Source: Octopus sinensis
Taxonomy: Eukaryota
NCBI RefSeq assembly: GCF_006345805.1
Contig: NC_043003.1
Location: forward strand, 35,588,001-35,652,000
Direction: 5' to 3'
Length of the DNA stretch: 64,000 nucleotides
The notes beneath the pieces are model-generated. The model saw only the letters and a list, made by a program, of their open reading frames with translations, was not told where the DNA came from and did no database searches. This document shows positions 28,131 to 41,149 of this stretch, piece by piece; the first letter of the stretch is position 1; each line of letters begins with the position of its first letter. A program made the position numbers and the translations under genes.

Positions 28131-28265
28131 TATTTTATAGAAGGACCTTCTACAGGACTAGAACTGTTTCATTCAAATGAAATCTTCAGGAAGCTTCAGG
28201 AGCTTCCTGAAGATTTCATTTGAATGAAACAGTTCTAGTCCTGTAGAAGGTCCTTCTATAAAATA
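28131..28265. repeat. Perfect palindrome with 65-bp arms and a 5-nt loop; each arm encodes a type I hammerhead-like fold on one strand
   Basis: 28131-28195 is the exact reverse complement of 28201-28265. Confidence 0.95.
28203..28249 (+). ncRNA. Candidate type I hammerhead ribozyme (PLE-type)
   Basis: Stem I CUUC/GAAG, core CUGAAGA, weak stem II, GAA, stem III ACAG/CUGU, GUA cleavage triplet ending at 28245. Confidence 0.5.
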
Positions 28266-28349
28266 AATTAATTTACTCTGCTATGTATTGAGTACCTTAT
28301 TTACTGTGGTTAACCCCGACTCAACCCGGGACCTACATATATATATATA

Positions 28350-28659
28350 TATTTATGGGATTGCACCTAGAGAGTTACCCTCTGAGGCACAAGTCTGGGC
28401 AAGGTTTTTTTTATGGAAGACCAGTAGTCGCCCATGCATACCGGCCTCCCCTCTCCACACCACCAGTGTTATCCAAGGGAAAGACAAAGGTCGATACAGC
28501 TTGGCACCTGTGACGTCGCAACTCATTTCTACAGCTGAGTGAACTGGAGCAACGTGGAATAAAGTGTCTTGCTCAAGAACACAACACGCAGCCCGGTCCG
28601 GGATTCGAGCTCACAACCTCACGATCGTAAGCTCGACGCTCTAACCACTGAGCCATGCG

Positions 28660-28660
<1 letters not shown>
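28350..28660 (-). mobile_element. tRNA-derived SINE, family C (CORE-like)
   Basis: Head GCGCATGGCTCAGTGGTTAGAGCG...GAGCTCGAATCCCG with A/B boxes; CORE-like GTGTTCTTGAGCAAGACACTTTA. Confidence 0.85.
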
Positions 28661-28723
<63 letters not shown>

Positions 28724-28895
28724 GGGGTACATATGTATCCAAGTTTCTTCATCTATTAAACAGGCGTTATCCTCAGTTTCTTGTTATTCTTAATTGTGTC
28801 ACATTCATGCTATATAAATCATTATATATCATTATATAGCATCATACACACACATACACACACGCATACACACACATGCGCTTCCACACACAAGA

Positions 28896-28967
<72 letters not shown>

Positions 28968-30209
28968 TTCCTTTCTACAACTAACTATTTAGAATAAGTT
29001 TGAGTGCAGAGAACTATAAGATCGAAACAAACAACACCACGTAAAGCAGCCTTTCAAATAGTTAGCGACTTGTTTTTATATTTCCTAACTTGATGCTAAA
29101 GTTTATTAAGAACAGAATTATGAGAACTAGGATCATTAGCTTACATTGTATAATAGACGCCTGTTTTTGTCCGTCCGTCAAGAAACTTATTTCTACGTGA
29201 CTTGAAATCATATAGAAAAAAAATAAATAGTTACCTGATTTATGGGAAATTTCTCTTGAACGATTGAAGGTGTCTGTTTCTTATAACTTTTTATTAGGTG
29301 ACACATCATGGGTAGAGACCGTGCTAAAGATTCATATGATTCCTGAAGAGATTAAGCATGAGATACTTGCTTAGCGAAGAACGCCTTTTCAGAAATCATC
29401 TCAGATATTTTGATTACTAAAAGTGTATTTTTCTAAAAGATAAAATAAAATAAAAGGGAGAAAGCGGGAGAGAGAGATGGAAAGTCACTGTAACCCAAGT
29501 TATTCACACTCTAGTACCTTAATCTCACCATCGTTCGTTTCTTGGCATAAACATCCATTCGGATATACTCTGTTTCTTCGAGTGATTTGTTGATGGGAAA
29601 CGAAAAATGATCATGCATATATCGTTGAAAACAACGTTCAATTAACATAATAGTTAACATATTAATGAAACAATTAATTAATTACACAGTTAATTAAATT
29701 TTGGTTGCACATACAACCAGCAGAATGGATCATGTGGAGAAAAAAAAGACCGTTCATATTTCATAGTCTTCATTCTAGTTCCATATCACCTGTTCATTGA
29801 AAGGTTTCTAATTATTAGGTCGGGTGGAAATTAAGAGAAAATGAAGGAAAGAGAGTGTGAGGGAGAGAAAAACTTAAAAACAACAAAAGACAGAGAGAGA
29901 GACAGACAGGCAGACAGAAGAGAAAGAGAGAGAGAGAGAGAGAGTGCGTAAGGGATTGATTGATAAAGAGAAAGTGAGAAGGAGGGGAAACAGAGTTAGT
30001 GAAATTAAGTGATATGAAAGAAATGGAGTGTGTAAGGGACATGTTTTAGCGTAAGATACACAGAAGGAATGAGATTGAATAAGAAGAAATGTGAAAAGAA
30101 AATATATAAATAGAGGTAAAATCGGAACCGAAGTGGGGGAAATACACAAATACACATATACAGTCACAAAGAGACGAATACATGCACAAACAAGAATACT
30201 CGCACACAC

Positions 30210-30260
<51 letters not shown>

Positions 30261-30659
30261 GCACACACATTCATACACCCACACGTACACACTCATATAT
30301 ACATACGCAGATATATATATATATATATATAGATGAGAAAAACAAAACGGAGAGAGTAGTACAAGACGAGGACGGAAGATAGATAAAAGGAGTTGAGGTG
30401 AACATGTACAGAAAGAAAAGTAAGATGCAAGGGAAAGAAAAAGGATAGAACTTTTCGCAGTATGACGTTTTGCGATGATGACGGTGATGAAAATCGAGAA
30501 CGCAATAAACAACTGCGAATTTGACTACGATAATGTCAAATATATAAACACGCAGTAATGTCTATGATGCTGGTGATTTGCAATTCTTACTACTGCTTTT
30601 GTTGTTTTTGATGATGATGATGATAACGACAGCCATGACGAATATGACGACGACGACGA

Positions 30660-30901
30660 CGTAGCGGCAGACGAAATACCTATTTCTTTACTACACACAA
30701 GGGGCTAAACACAGAGAGGACAAACAAAGACAGGCAAACGGATTAAGTCGATTATATCGACACCAGTGCGTAACTCGTACTTAATTCATCGACCCCGAAA
30801 GGATGAAAGGCAAAGTCGACCTCGGCGGAATTTGAACTCAGAACGTAACGGCAGACGAAATACGGCTACGCATTTCGCCCGGCGTGCTGACGTTTCTGCC
30901 A
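30660..30901 (-). mobile_element. tRNA-derived SINE, family B
   Basis: Reverse complement of the GGCAGAAACG...GAGTTCAAATTCCGCCGAGGTCGACTTTGCCTTTCATCC body also seen at 37606. Confidence 0.85.
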
Positions 30902-31079
30902 TACACACATCTGCGTAATTATGATATAATAATGATAATAATGCTAATAATGATGATAATGAGAAAAATAATGATAATGAAGATAATGGTGATGGTGACA
31001 ATGTGTTTAGTTTCGTATTTTGAACTATTTGAATTGTCTGTGTTTACCATTAGTGTTTTGTCTTGTTTTGTTGTATTTT

Positions 31080-31290
31080 CAGGCCGAATCGTTAGCCCGC
31101 GGGGCGAAGTACTTACCGGCATTTCGTCTGTTTTTACGTCCTGGTTCAAATTCCGCTGATGCCATATTTGCCTTTCACCCTTTCGGGATCGAAAGGATAA
31201 GCACCAGTTTAACACTGGGACCAGTGTAACTATTTTATTCCCTAACCTGGAATTGTTGGTTTTGTGCCAAAATTTGAAATCAATGTTTCT
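31080..31290 (+). mobile_element. SINE family B, diverged
   Basis: GAATCGTTAGC...GGTTCAAATTCCGC...TTTGCCTTTCACCCTTTCGGG. Confidence 0.75.
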
Positions 31291-31295
31291 AATTA

Positions 31296-31707
31296 GGCGC
31301 AGAAGTAGCTGTGTGGTAAGTAGCTTGCTTACCAACCACATGGTTCCAGGTTCATTCCCACTGCATGGCACCTCGGGCAAGTGACTTCTACTATAGCCTC
31401 GGGCCGACCAAAGCCTTGTGAGTGGATTTGGTAGAGGGAAACTGAAAGAAGCCCGTCGTACATATGTATGTATATATATATATATGTATGTGTGTTTACG
31501 TGTTTATGTTTGTCCTCCCAACATCGCTTGTCAACCGATGGTGGTGTGCTTAAGTCCCCGTAACTTAGCGGTTCGGCAAAAGAGACCGATAGAATAAATA
31601 CTAGGCTTACAAAGAATAAGTCCTGGGGTCGACTTGCTCGACTAGAGGCAGTGCTCCAGCATGGCCACAGTCAAATGACTGAAGTAAGTAAAAGAGTAAA
31701 AGAGTAA
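31296..31707 (+). mobile_element. SINE family A, full length
   Basis: Matches 3434-3822 throughout. Confidence 0.9.
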
Positions 31708-31715
31708 TTGTCAAG

Positions 31716-31895
31716 GCGGCGAGCTGGCAGAATCGTTAGCACACCGGGCAAATATCTCAGCGGCATTTCGTCAGTCTTTGCGTTCTGAGTTCAAATTCAG
31801 GATTGCTGAAATAAGCAATAGTTCAGCACTAGTATCGGTGTAATCGACTCTTACCCTTCCCAGGTACTTGCTGACCTTATGCTAAGGTTTGAAAC
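31716..31895 (+). mobile_element. SINE family B with internal deletion
   Basis: GGCGGCGAGCTGGCAGAATCGTTAGC head and GAGTTCAAATTC B-box. Confidence 0.75.
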
Positions 31896-31989
31896 CAAAA
31901 TTTCAAATTTCTTTTCTTACTGAAGATGATGATAACAATGCTGATGCTGAAGAGCATGTTTTCGATAATTAGTATGGAAATAGCGAAAA

Positions 31990-32065
31990 TGATGATGGTG
32001 AGAATGATGATGAGGAGGATGGTGGTTGTAGTGGTGGTGGTGGTGGTGGTAGTGGTAGTGGTGAT

Positions 32066-32096
<31 letters not shown>

Positions 32097-32160
32097 GCGG
32101 CGGTGGTTGTGGTGGTGGTGGTGGTGGTGGTGGTGGTGGTTGTGGTGGTGGTGGTGGTCT
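31990..32160. repeat. (GAT)/(GGT)/(GGC) trinucleotide mosaic
   Basis: Direct reading. Confidence 0.9.
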
Positions 32161-33150
32161 ATGGTGGCAATGTCAATAAAGATGAGCACGATGGTGTTTT
32201 GAATGATGATAGAGTTGATCATATAGTTCATTTATGATGTTATATCGGTGTTATGATTCTTATATTGATACTTGTTATTGATACCTTTGTTGTTCCCGAT
32301 GTTGCTAGTTTCCCCCTTACGTTGTTATTTTACTTCAGCTTTTCTGTTGATATCGCATCTTAATTTGTCGTCTATTATTGCCATTAATATTGCTATTATT
32401 TGTAAAAAAAATTTTATTTTCACTTATTGCTGTTTTCTTTAACAAATGAAATAGTTATTTAATAAAAATAAAATCTTTGTTAACATTGCTGTTGCCGTTG
32501 CTATTTTTCCTTTTGACATTCTTAATACTGTGATTGCTATTTTAAGTTGCTACTGTTTGTTGCTATCTTTATAATTATTAACGACCAACGCTGTTACATT
32601 TCCTTGAGTCATTAACACCGGCTGTTTCTGAAGGTTTTTGTAAATTTTCTACGTAATTCTCTGGTACTAATTTTCAGTCTCCTTTGAAATACCTTTTCAT
32701 CTTGCAGCTGTTGCCGTATCTGCTATTTGTATTTATTGATAGTTTTGCTGTTGACTTTTCTGTTTTATCCTACGCTGTTTTTTTTTTTTTTGTTTTTTTT
32801 TTGTTGTTATTCTAATTCCCGTTCACTATTTCATCGTTGGTGCCTAGGTTTTGGTAGTTTTATTTACTGCATATTTTCTCCGAACTCTAGTTGTTTAACC
32901 ACGGAGGTGTGCGTCCTTTCTCTATTTGAATACTTTGAAGGTGTGAGTGTGTAAGCGTTGTTCTCCTTGGATGCGATAAATAGAAGTAGCTGCTGTAACA
33001 GCAACTGCAGCAGAAGTAGTAGGAGAAATTATCTGTATTACAGCTTCTCCTTCGGTCAAGCCTTCAACAACAATTTCAAGTTCCAGATGGAAAGAAGAGT
33101 GAGGGTGGGAAAGAAAGTACAGTCTCTCCCTCTTCTCTCTCTATCCCTCA

Positions 33151-33184
<34 letters not shown>

Positions 33185-33659
33185 AATCACTCTCTTTCTT
33201 TCTTTCTTCAGTGATTTTGTCAAAAGGTGGGTGGTTGTAGTTACAAAATATTTAAGCTGAATGAAACAACTCCCTCGATGCATATCTAGATTGGAGAACA
33301 TCAGTTATGGAGAACTTGTGCTCTGGTCCCGTGGGTTACTTGATTAGCCCCAGCTGGAGGCTTTTCTGTATTACGAGGGCTTGATTATCCATACATTCAT
33401 ATGTTTTGTATACTATGTACATGATTTATATCACATTTTCCCATCTCTCCTTTTCTCCCATTACACTTTTTGTAATGGTCCTGTTTACATTTCATATCAT
33501 GCACTGAGGGAAATAAACACAATCTTTCTTCTCCTTGATATTGTCGTTGTTGTGGTTGTTTTTGCTGTCGTTGTCGTTGTTGTTGCTCCTCTTCCTCTTC
33601 TTCTTCTCCTCCTTCTCCTTCTTCTCCTTATTCCTTTTCTTCCTGTTTGATATAGAACC

Positions 33660-35430
33660 TACACTGAAATGTGTAACGTTGTGTCAGCTGTTCACAACCC
33701 ATGAAGTATGGTAATTCTCTTCAAACGCATTTTGAAAATTATACGGAGGATCGTGCTGTTCCAACTCTTTTCCGTAGATTATCTCATCTTCACATTGAAC
33801 CCGGTTTTTTCAATCAAGGCTTTGAGATTGGTACTTATATTTTCAAAGGTTCCAGCAATAACTGGTACAACACTCGCCTTTTTCAATAATCACAGAATTT
33901 TTTTATCTCTCACTTCATATCATCATGTCTGACCTGCTACTGTTCCTTTTTTTTTTAATACCCTGTCACCACTAGAGCAAGCAATATCTATAATTAAACC
34001 ATTTTCTCTCTTTATTTATAACCGGTATATTCGGTGTTCGATGTTCAATTTCTTGATCACTTTAGATCAATACATTCCACAGTAACGTTACCTTGATATT
34101 CTCGATAACGTCAGGAGTTTTCCATTTCACTTCTTTGATCTATCTACGCCAAACTTATCACGGTATTGCGAATGAATCATTCTTAAGATATTATCGTGTC
34201 TTTTGCTTGTATTCATTTTGGCCAGTTTTGTACAATTATTCACAATATGCACTATAGTGTAATTTTTATCACGATATAACCTGCACATCATCGCTGACTG
34301 CTGTATTTTCAATCCCGCGTAAAATGTCCTAAGTAATTTTTCCCTACGCAGAGTTTCTGCCTCAAACTTCAAGTCAATCTACCTTAGCCAGTACTACCAT
34401 TCTTCGACATCACTATTCGTTCTAACTTTTATCACAAACTACCTACACATCATTTTCCCATCTTCTTCGTCTTTGTATCTTATTTTTCATTGTGTTTCTC
34501 TCTTTCCATGCCAGTAACTCTCCTGTCTATAGCAGATACTCTCACCTGAACTAGCAAGGCTTCTGTAACCCTTGTGATATACAACCCCAAGCTATTTTCT
34601 TCTGAGTTTAACAATTCTCACAGATGATTAACTCACACCCACCTTTGTAGGTCACTAACACTATCGGGGTTGGAATGCTCCGAGCATTGTGAGTAGATTT
34701 CTAACTTTTTGGTGTAGCTTTTGTAGGCTCTCTTTCTACACATAATTCAGTAATTACTCACTCATGTAAATGCTTGCAACTTATTTCTTCCATTCAGCAC
34801 CAGCCTACTTTTTCGAAGGTGCTCTTATATAAAGCTTATTTTGATTTTTTTTTTCAGTCACTCGACTCACTTTCAATATGCCTAAGTGTCGTCAATCCTT
34901 TTCATGATTTCACTTCACGGTAATTCTATACCCTTTCTGAATGCTGAATTTCCCTTTCAACAACAGTATTACTCCTAGGTATTTCAGACCAAATTCCATT
35001 TGATTTTCTTGCAAGACAATGAACTGTGTTCCCTAAAGAACTGACTTAAGCTTCGTACTTATACATCTTGAAATCATCTATAAGTAATAAATGGTTGATT
35101 TGGTTTTTTTGGGGGTTTTTTTTTTTGCTGTATTCCTTTGAACTCACTTTCTCCGTAACAATGTTAAAGAAAGCGTGCATAAAACAAATAGTAAATGAGG
35201 CACGCTGTCTCTTTGAAATATCCCTTTCTTCATTCTTAACATTTCTTGGTGTTTCCCACATGATATGAACTCGGTCGTCTCACTTTCTATAAATTTTCTC
35301 ACGAATCTCTTCACATTCTTTGCAATGTGTTCAAACGTGTTCAAGCATTTAAAAATCTACCAATTGGGCATCATGTCGTAGGCCTTCCTAAATTTGTCAT
35401 CCTCAACAATTTGTAATCTCTCAACATTTT
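33660..35430 (-). mobile_element. R4/Dong-like LINE remnant (RT, zinc knuckle, restriction-like endonuclease)
   Basis: RKAYDMMP, KGIFQRDS, INHLLLIDDFKMY, CRLY...HIVNNCTKLA...KRHDNILRMIH, and PD/D..K-type C-terminal motifs. Confidence 0.82.
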
Positions 35431-35524
35431 ATCTATGAGCAGTCGTTCTTTAGCTCCCTATCAAATCCGTTTACCACCCGCCTGCTCAATAGCTACAGTT
35501 TTGTTATTTAAAAAAAAATGCATG

Positions 35525-35945
35525 CGTAGGCGTAGGAGTGGCTGTGTGGTAAGTAGTTGCTTACTAACCACATGGTTCTGGGTTCAGTCCCACTGCGTAG
35601 CACCTTGGGCAAGTGCCTTCTACTATAGCCTCGGGCCGACAAAAGTCTTCTGAGTGGATTTGGTAGTCGGAAACTGAAAGAAGCCCGTCGTATATATATG
35701 TGTGTGTGTGTATATGTTTGTGTTTCTGTGTCTGTCCCCCTCCCCAACATCGCTTAACAACCGATGCTGGTGTGTTTATGTTTACGAACTTAGCGTGTGT
35801 TTACGTTTACGAACTCCGGCAAAAGAGATCAATAGAATAAGTACTGGACTTACAAAAAATAAGTCCTGGGATCGATTTGTTCGATTAAAGGCGGTGCTCC
35901 AGCATGGCCACAGTCAAATGATTGAAACAAGTAAAAGAGTAAAGT
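35525..35945 (+). mobile_element. SINE family A, full length
   Basis: Matches the other family A copies. Confidence 0.9.
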
Positions 35946-36019
35946 AAGTGTGCATTTTATCAGCGATTATTATTAATCGATTTAGCCCAGAATTGGTCTT
36001 CTTCCTGAAAGAATTTATT

Positions 36020-36385
36020 TGGGAAGCAGGTTACTAGTTGTAACATTAGATGTCCATATCATTTCAAGCCATCAATTGCTCAAAACGCTTCTCACGGTTT
36101 TTGCTGCTCATACGAGTCAACCCTTTTGTAGAAGCTCTACGGAACATTCCATTCCAATCTCGTTTATTCATTTATACATCTCATTACTCACAATCCCTAA
36201 AAAAACTAATTATCACAGGTACAAGTATTACAAATTTCGAGTTCCACATCCTCAATCCTCAAATTTCAAGGGGTTGTATTTTTTCAGCTTTTCATCTGCT
36301 TTCTCCAACATCCTGGAATCAAGTAGACATGATGGATCAATCAGTAAGCAAATTTGATTTCCCTTCTCCATTATCGTAATATTCG
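36020..36385 (-). mobile_element. Second R4/Dong-like LINE 3' fragment (endonuclease C-terminus)
   Basis: SCLLDSRMLEKADEKLKKYNPLKFE...VPVII...VELLQK pattern. Confidence 0.65.
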
Positions 36386-37605
36386 GTTTATGTTCTCTCT
36401 TCTTACTGTGTGAATTGGAAAATCATCATCGTCATCGTTATCATCATAAGCAGCAGCAGCAGCAGTAACTGTAGCTGTAGTAGTAATTCGCTAGTTTATA
36501 TCGACTTTGATCCCTAATACATTAGACAAAAATAAAATATCTGGTATAACGTACGACTACATACATAACGTCTGAAAACAAAAAAGGATGGCCACGACAG
36601 GCAAACGTCTCTTCATAGGTCAATCAGTGTTCGCATGTAGCAAAACATGCTGACAGTTACTGTTGCTACTGCTGCTGCTACTTTTGCTGCTGTTGTTGTT
36701 GTTGCTGCTGCTGATGATGATGATGATGATGATATGTTGATGGTGATGTTGTTTAGCTTTCTCGTTGCTGATTTCTCCGATGTTGTTTTATATTGTTTCA
36801 CTAATTGTTACTTCTTATTCTCGTGTTTCTTGATGATGTAGATATTCTTATACCTATTTTATCGTCAACTTACATTATTGACGTTACAAATGACGTTACC
36901 ACTACAAACAAATGAACTAGTACCGTTGTCTAATAAATTTTCATAAGTCAACAAAAAAATAGACGTTGTATATTAGCTAATCGTAAAACGATCACATGTC
37001 CTTCTCGAACCATAAGCTCATAAAGCAGTTTTTCCGGATTTTGTGGCCACACCTGGGAAGGTGGAGTTGCCGCTACATAAGCAGCCGGCTTTTGTACTTT
37101 TTTTGGCCTATTTACTAATTTCTTTATATAAAATAGGAAGCTAAAGTTGATCTTCAACGTTGCCTACCGGAATTGTTCCTGTACTGATGTCTTTGCGGAA
37201 AATGCTTAACCACCTATCTAAGGAAGATTTAACATTGAGAGAAAACAGTGTTTGGATTATATAATCTTACAGTGACGTTTTCTCTTGATGGAGCATGCAA
37301 AAATAATTTTATGTCTTACCTTACCTCCTAAACCGCTATCAGATGAGATCCGTTATAGTACGGAGCCGTGGCTTCGAAGATTTTATTAGACTATTTTGTT
37401 AATCCCCATCAGTAGGTTTTGTAGGATGGCAGAAAGCACTGCTGATGTAGCGTTGTTCTCGTTGGCTGCAAGAAATAAATGTAACAGCAGTAACAGCAAC
37501 CGCAGCAGGAATAACAGGAGTAATCATCATTATTACACTTACTTTCCCCCCCTCTCTCTCTGTGTTTTCACTCGCACACTTCCCCTCTGCAATATATGTC
37601 AGCTG

Positions 37606-37826
37606 TAAAGCAGCGAGCTGGCAGAAACGCTAGAACGCCGGGCAAAATGCTTAGGGGTTTTTCGTCCGTCTCTACCTACAGAGTTCAAATTCCGCCGAAG
37701 GCGACTTTGCATTTCATCCTTTCGGGGTTGATACATTAAGTACCATTTGCGTACTAAGGTCGATCTAATCGACTGGTTCTCTCTCCCAAAAATTCGGGCC
37801 TTGCGCCTACGGTAGAAAAGAATATA
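37606..37826 (+). mobile_element. SINE family B, full length
   Basis: Head, B-box and CTTTCATCCTTTCGGGG-type body. Confidence 0.88.
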
Positions 37827-38274
37827 AGTCAGTCGCACATTTTGTTTCGGCAGCAAGTTTATTGGTACCTGTTTCAATATAACAACCAACAAATTATCTA
37901 CTTTTAAGTTGGCCTCTATAGTGACTGAGCCGAAGGGCATTTAGAACATGAGTTACGGCTTTAACAAGTCAATCGTATACGTAACTCTTGATGATGCTAA
38001 GACATCGTTTCGCTATAGGCCAAATCTCCTGCGCATGAGTAGAATAACAAATGCTGCTACAATCACATACATGAGCAATATATGTTCGGGTAAATGGCAA
38101 TCCTCCTATTTGCTGCCGTTATTTTGTTGCTGCTTTTATTACTGTTGAGTTTGCAACTTAGGTTGTTGTTGTTGTTGTTCTTCTTCTTCTTAAGGTTGAC
38201 TTCGACGTTGATACAGATCACGGTACTTTCGTTTCTTGAAATTATTGATAGCACTAATACTACGGCTGCTACTG

Positions 38275-39096
38275 TAGACGATGATGATGATGATGATGTC
38301 GTCGTTGTTGTTGTAGTTGTTGTTGTTGTTGTTCTTGTTCTTGTCGTTGATGATGATGATGATGATGATGACGACGACGATGATGATAGTGGTGGTGGTG
38401 ATGGTGGTGGTGGTGATGGTGGTGGTGGTGGTGGTGGTGGTAGTGGTGGTGGTGGTGGTGGTGGTGGTGGTGCTGCTGCTGCTGCCGATGATGATGATGA
38501 TGATGCTTCTATTTACTGCTTACTGTTGTTTTTGGTGTTTATTGTCGTTAGTCATGATGATGATAATGACGATGATGACAAGATCGGCGACGACGACGAT
38601 GATAACGATGACGATAACTGTGACGCCAACGATGAGGACGACGACGACGACTACAACAACGACAACGTTGACAATGAGAACTGACTATGCTGACTGTGTA
38701 ACGGCTGTGTCGTCGGTGTTAAGAGGCAAGGTAGTAGTAATACTATTTTTCCATCGCTACCTACCTACCTCAAGAGGGAACGAATGAATGAATTATAAGG
38801 CTGTTGCTAGGGTGACGTCGCTGTTTGTGCCAACCAGCCAAGTTGAGGCTATGTCTATGGAAGGAACGGTGAAACGGTACAACATGGAACTCAGTGGAAT
38901 AACTGACGCAAATGTTCGCGTATTTCTTTACTGATTGGATTACGATTGAGCAAGGAATACTGACGATTTCGGTATTAATCTTGTGTGTTGCTATGGTTAC
39001 TAAAGCCCCTCTGCCGGATATCTATGGTTGATGCTTTTCCGAACGTTGATGATGACGGTGGTGTTGGTGTTGGTGGTGGAGGTGGTGATGACGATA

Positions 39097-39136
<40 letters not shown>

Positions 39137-39358
39137 CGACGATGATGATAATGGTGGTGGTGGTGGCGGCGGCGGCGGTGGTGATGATTATGATGATGAT
39201 GGTTTCCTTTCGACGTTATCTCTATTTTACATGCATGTTAGAAATGGCGCTAGTGAACAGCAGTTGTTCGAATACTTGTGGGTCTTCAGCTTATTAAAGT
39301 GAATCCTATCCGGAACGTTCTATTTCTTCCTCGCAGTCAATAAGTTAGGTGAAGAAAT

Positions 39359-39430
<72 letters not shown>

Positions 39431-40110
39431 ATACTAGTGCGCGCAAAAAAAAAAGAGAATGAAGACGTAGATGAGGAAGAGAAGGAGGAGGAGAAGAAAG
39501 TGAAATGAGTAGAGGCAGGTAGAGGAGGGAAACGATGCTGAGCTGGAAGTAAGAGGCAGAGAGGGAGAAGGAAGGAAAGGGTGAGATAGAGAGAGGTTTA
39601 AGAAATAAAATGTTAAAAGAAGAAAATTCTGTAGGAGGAAGGAGAGGAAAGATAAAGGGCGTAGTAGTAGTGATGGTGGTAAAAGAAAGACGTTAAGAAG
39701 TAGAAGTGATATTAGCTGTAGTATTGTTACAAGCACGAATGGTGATGATGGTGGTACTGGTGGTGGTGGTGGTGGTGATGCTGCTGCTGCTGATGCTGGT
39801 GGTGCTGGTGCTGGGTGTTGCGGTGACACGCGGGTGGCAGCAGTAGTTTTAGTTTTGCATTTTCTTCTTGTAAAGTGATAGAAGAAGAACAACAACAAGA
39901 AGAAGAGGAAGAACAAGAAGAACAAGAACAAAAACAAGAAGTAGAAGAACAACAAGAACAACAAGAACAACAACAACAAGAACAAGAAGAAGAAGAAGAA
40001 GAAGAAGAAGAAGAAGAAGAACAACAACAACAACAACAAGAACAAGAAGAAGAACAAGAAGAATAAGAACAAGAAGAAGAAGAAGAAGGGGAGGAGGAGG
40101 AGGAATAAGA
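38275..40110. repeat. Cluster of trinucleotide mosaics (GAT/GTT/GGT/GCT at 38275-38680 and 39050-39200; AAG/AAC at 39880-40110) plus (CA)n at 39360-39430
   Basis: Direct reading. Confidence 0.9.
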
Positions 40111-41149
40111 ATGTTGGGAGATGAATACGGAAAACAAGGCGTTAATCAACAAAATATTAATGACAATAAAACCTGGATGAATAAGACACAAATAAATGAG
40201 CTGAGATGACCCTTATTATCATTCTTAATATTTCTACCCCTTTTCGCTACTTAGATGTAACAAGGCGTCATATATTAGGAATTGATCTTCCATCGATCTT
40301 TGCTGACAATAACGGATTCAATTAGCGTTTGAGACGTTATATTTGTCCTTAAGGGTTTGCATGAATATCATAAAGTTTCAGTTCCTCTTGATAAGTCAAA
40401 AGGAAGAACACTGAAGCCTGTAGTTCTGAATTAAATTTAAAAATCAGTGTTTCAGTAAACGCTTTCTACGAACTACGACTGTCGTCAGTTAAATCAAAAT
40501 GTAAATTTAAGTTGAATCAATTATAAATATATTAAATATATTAAATATGATTTTACCTCAAAAGGCAACACACTGAGACTGGTTATACTCGAAACACGTA
40601 GTCATAATCCCTGGGTAGCATTATTCTGATTACTCCACCGACCGAGTACCACGATTCTGTTTCTTATCTATTATAGTTATTATAATTCGCTTCTAATATT
40701 TTAACTGTCCTGGAACATCTATACAGGAGCAGCAAACAAACCATTAAAGGATCCGTCACAAGAGATCCCCCCTCTCTCTCTTACTCTCTTCTTATGCATC
40801 AAAATAATGGAAAGGGTGTGTTTACATTCATATTTTTCTGGCAGCAAAGCTTTCTAATATTTACATTTTATTTCACTCCTGATTCACGCTATATTGTGTG
40901 TAGAATACCTATTCAACTTTATAATCATAATTCTTTGCATACAGTTTCACTTATTCTACTCGTAGCCTTAATGTTTCAGATTAGGAATTAATAGATTAAT
41001 TAAAACAGTCTTTAGTATTTAGCAAAAGAATATTGCAGACATAAACAATCATATGTATTTCAACATCTGAATTGAACAAATGTCAGTTTGACCAGAAAAG
41101 GATCTGCGTAAAATTGGATTGCAAAATTTATTGTGGTAATTTTTACTTA

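Noticed and set aside
37325-37465. Strong minus-strand acceptor and donor pair
   Set aside because: All three frames contain stops between the sites.
38094-40191. 196-212 aa ORFs with poly-D/V/G/E/Q/F/L runs
   Set aside because: Trinucleotide microsatellite translations with no domain content.
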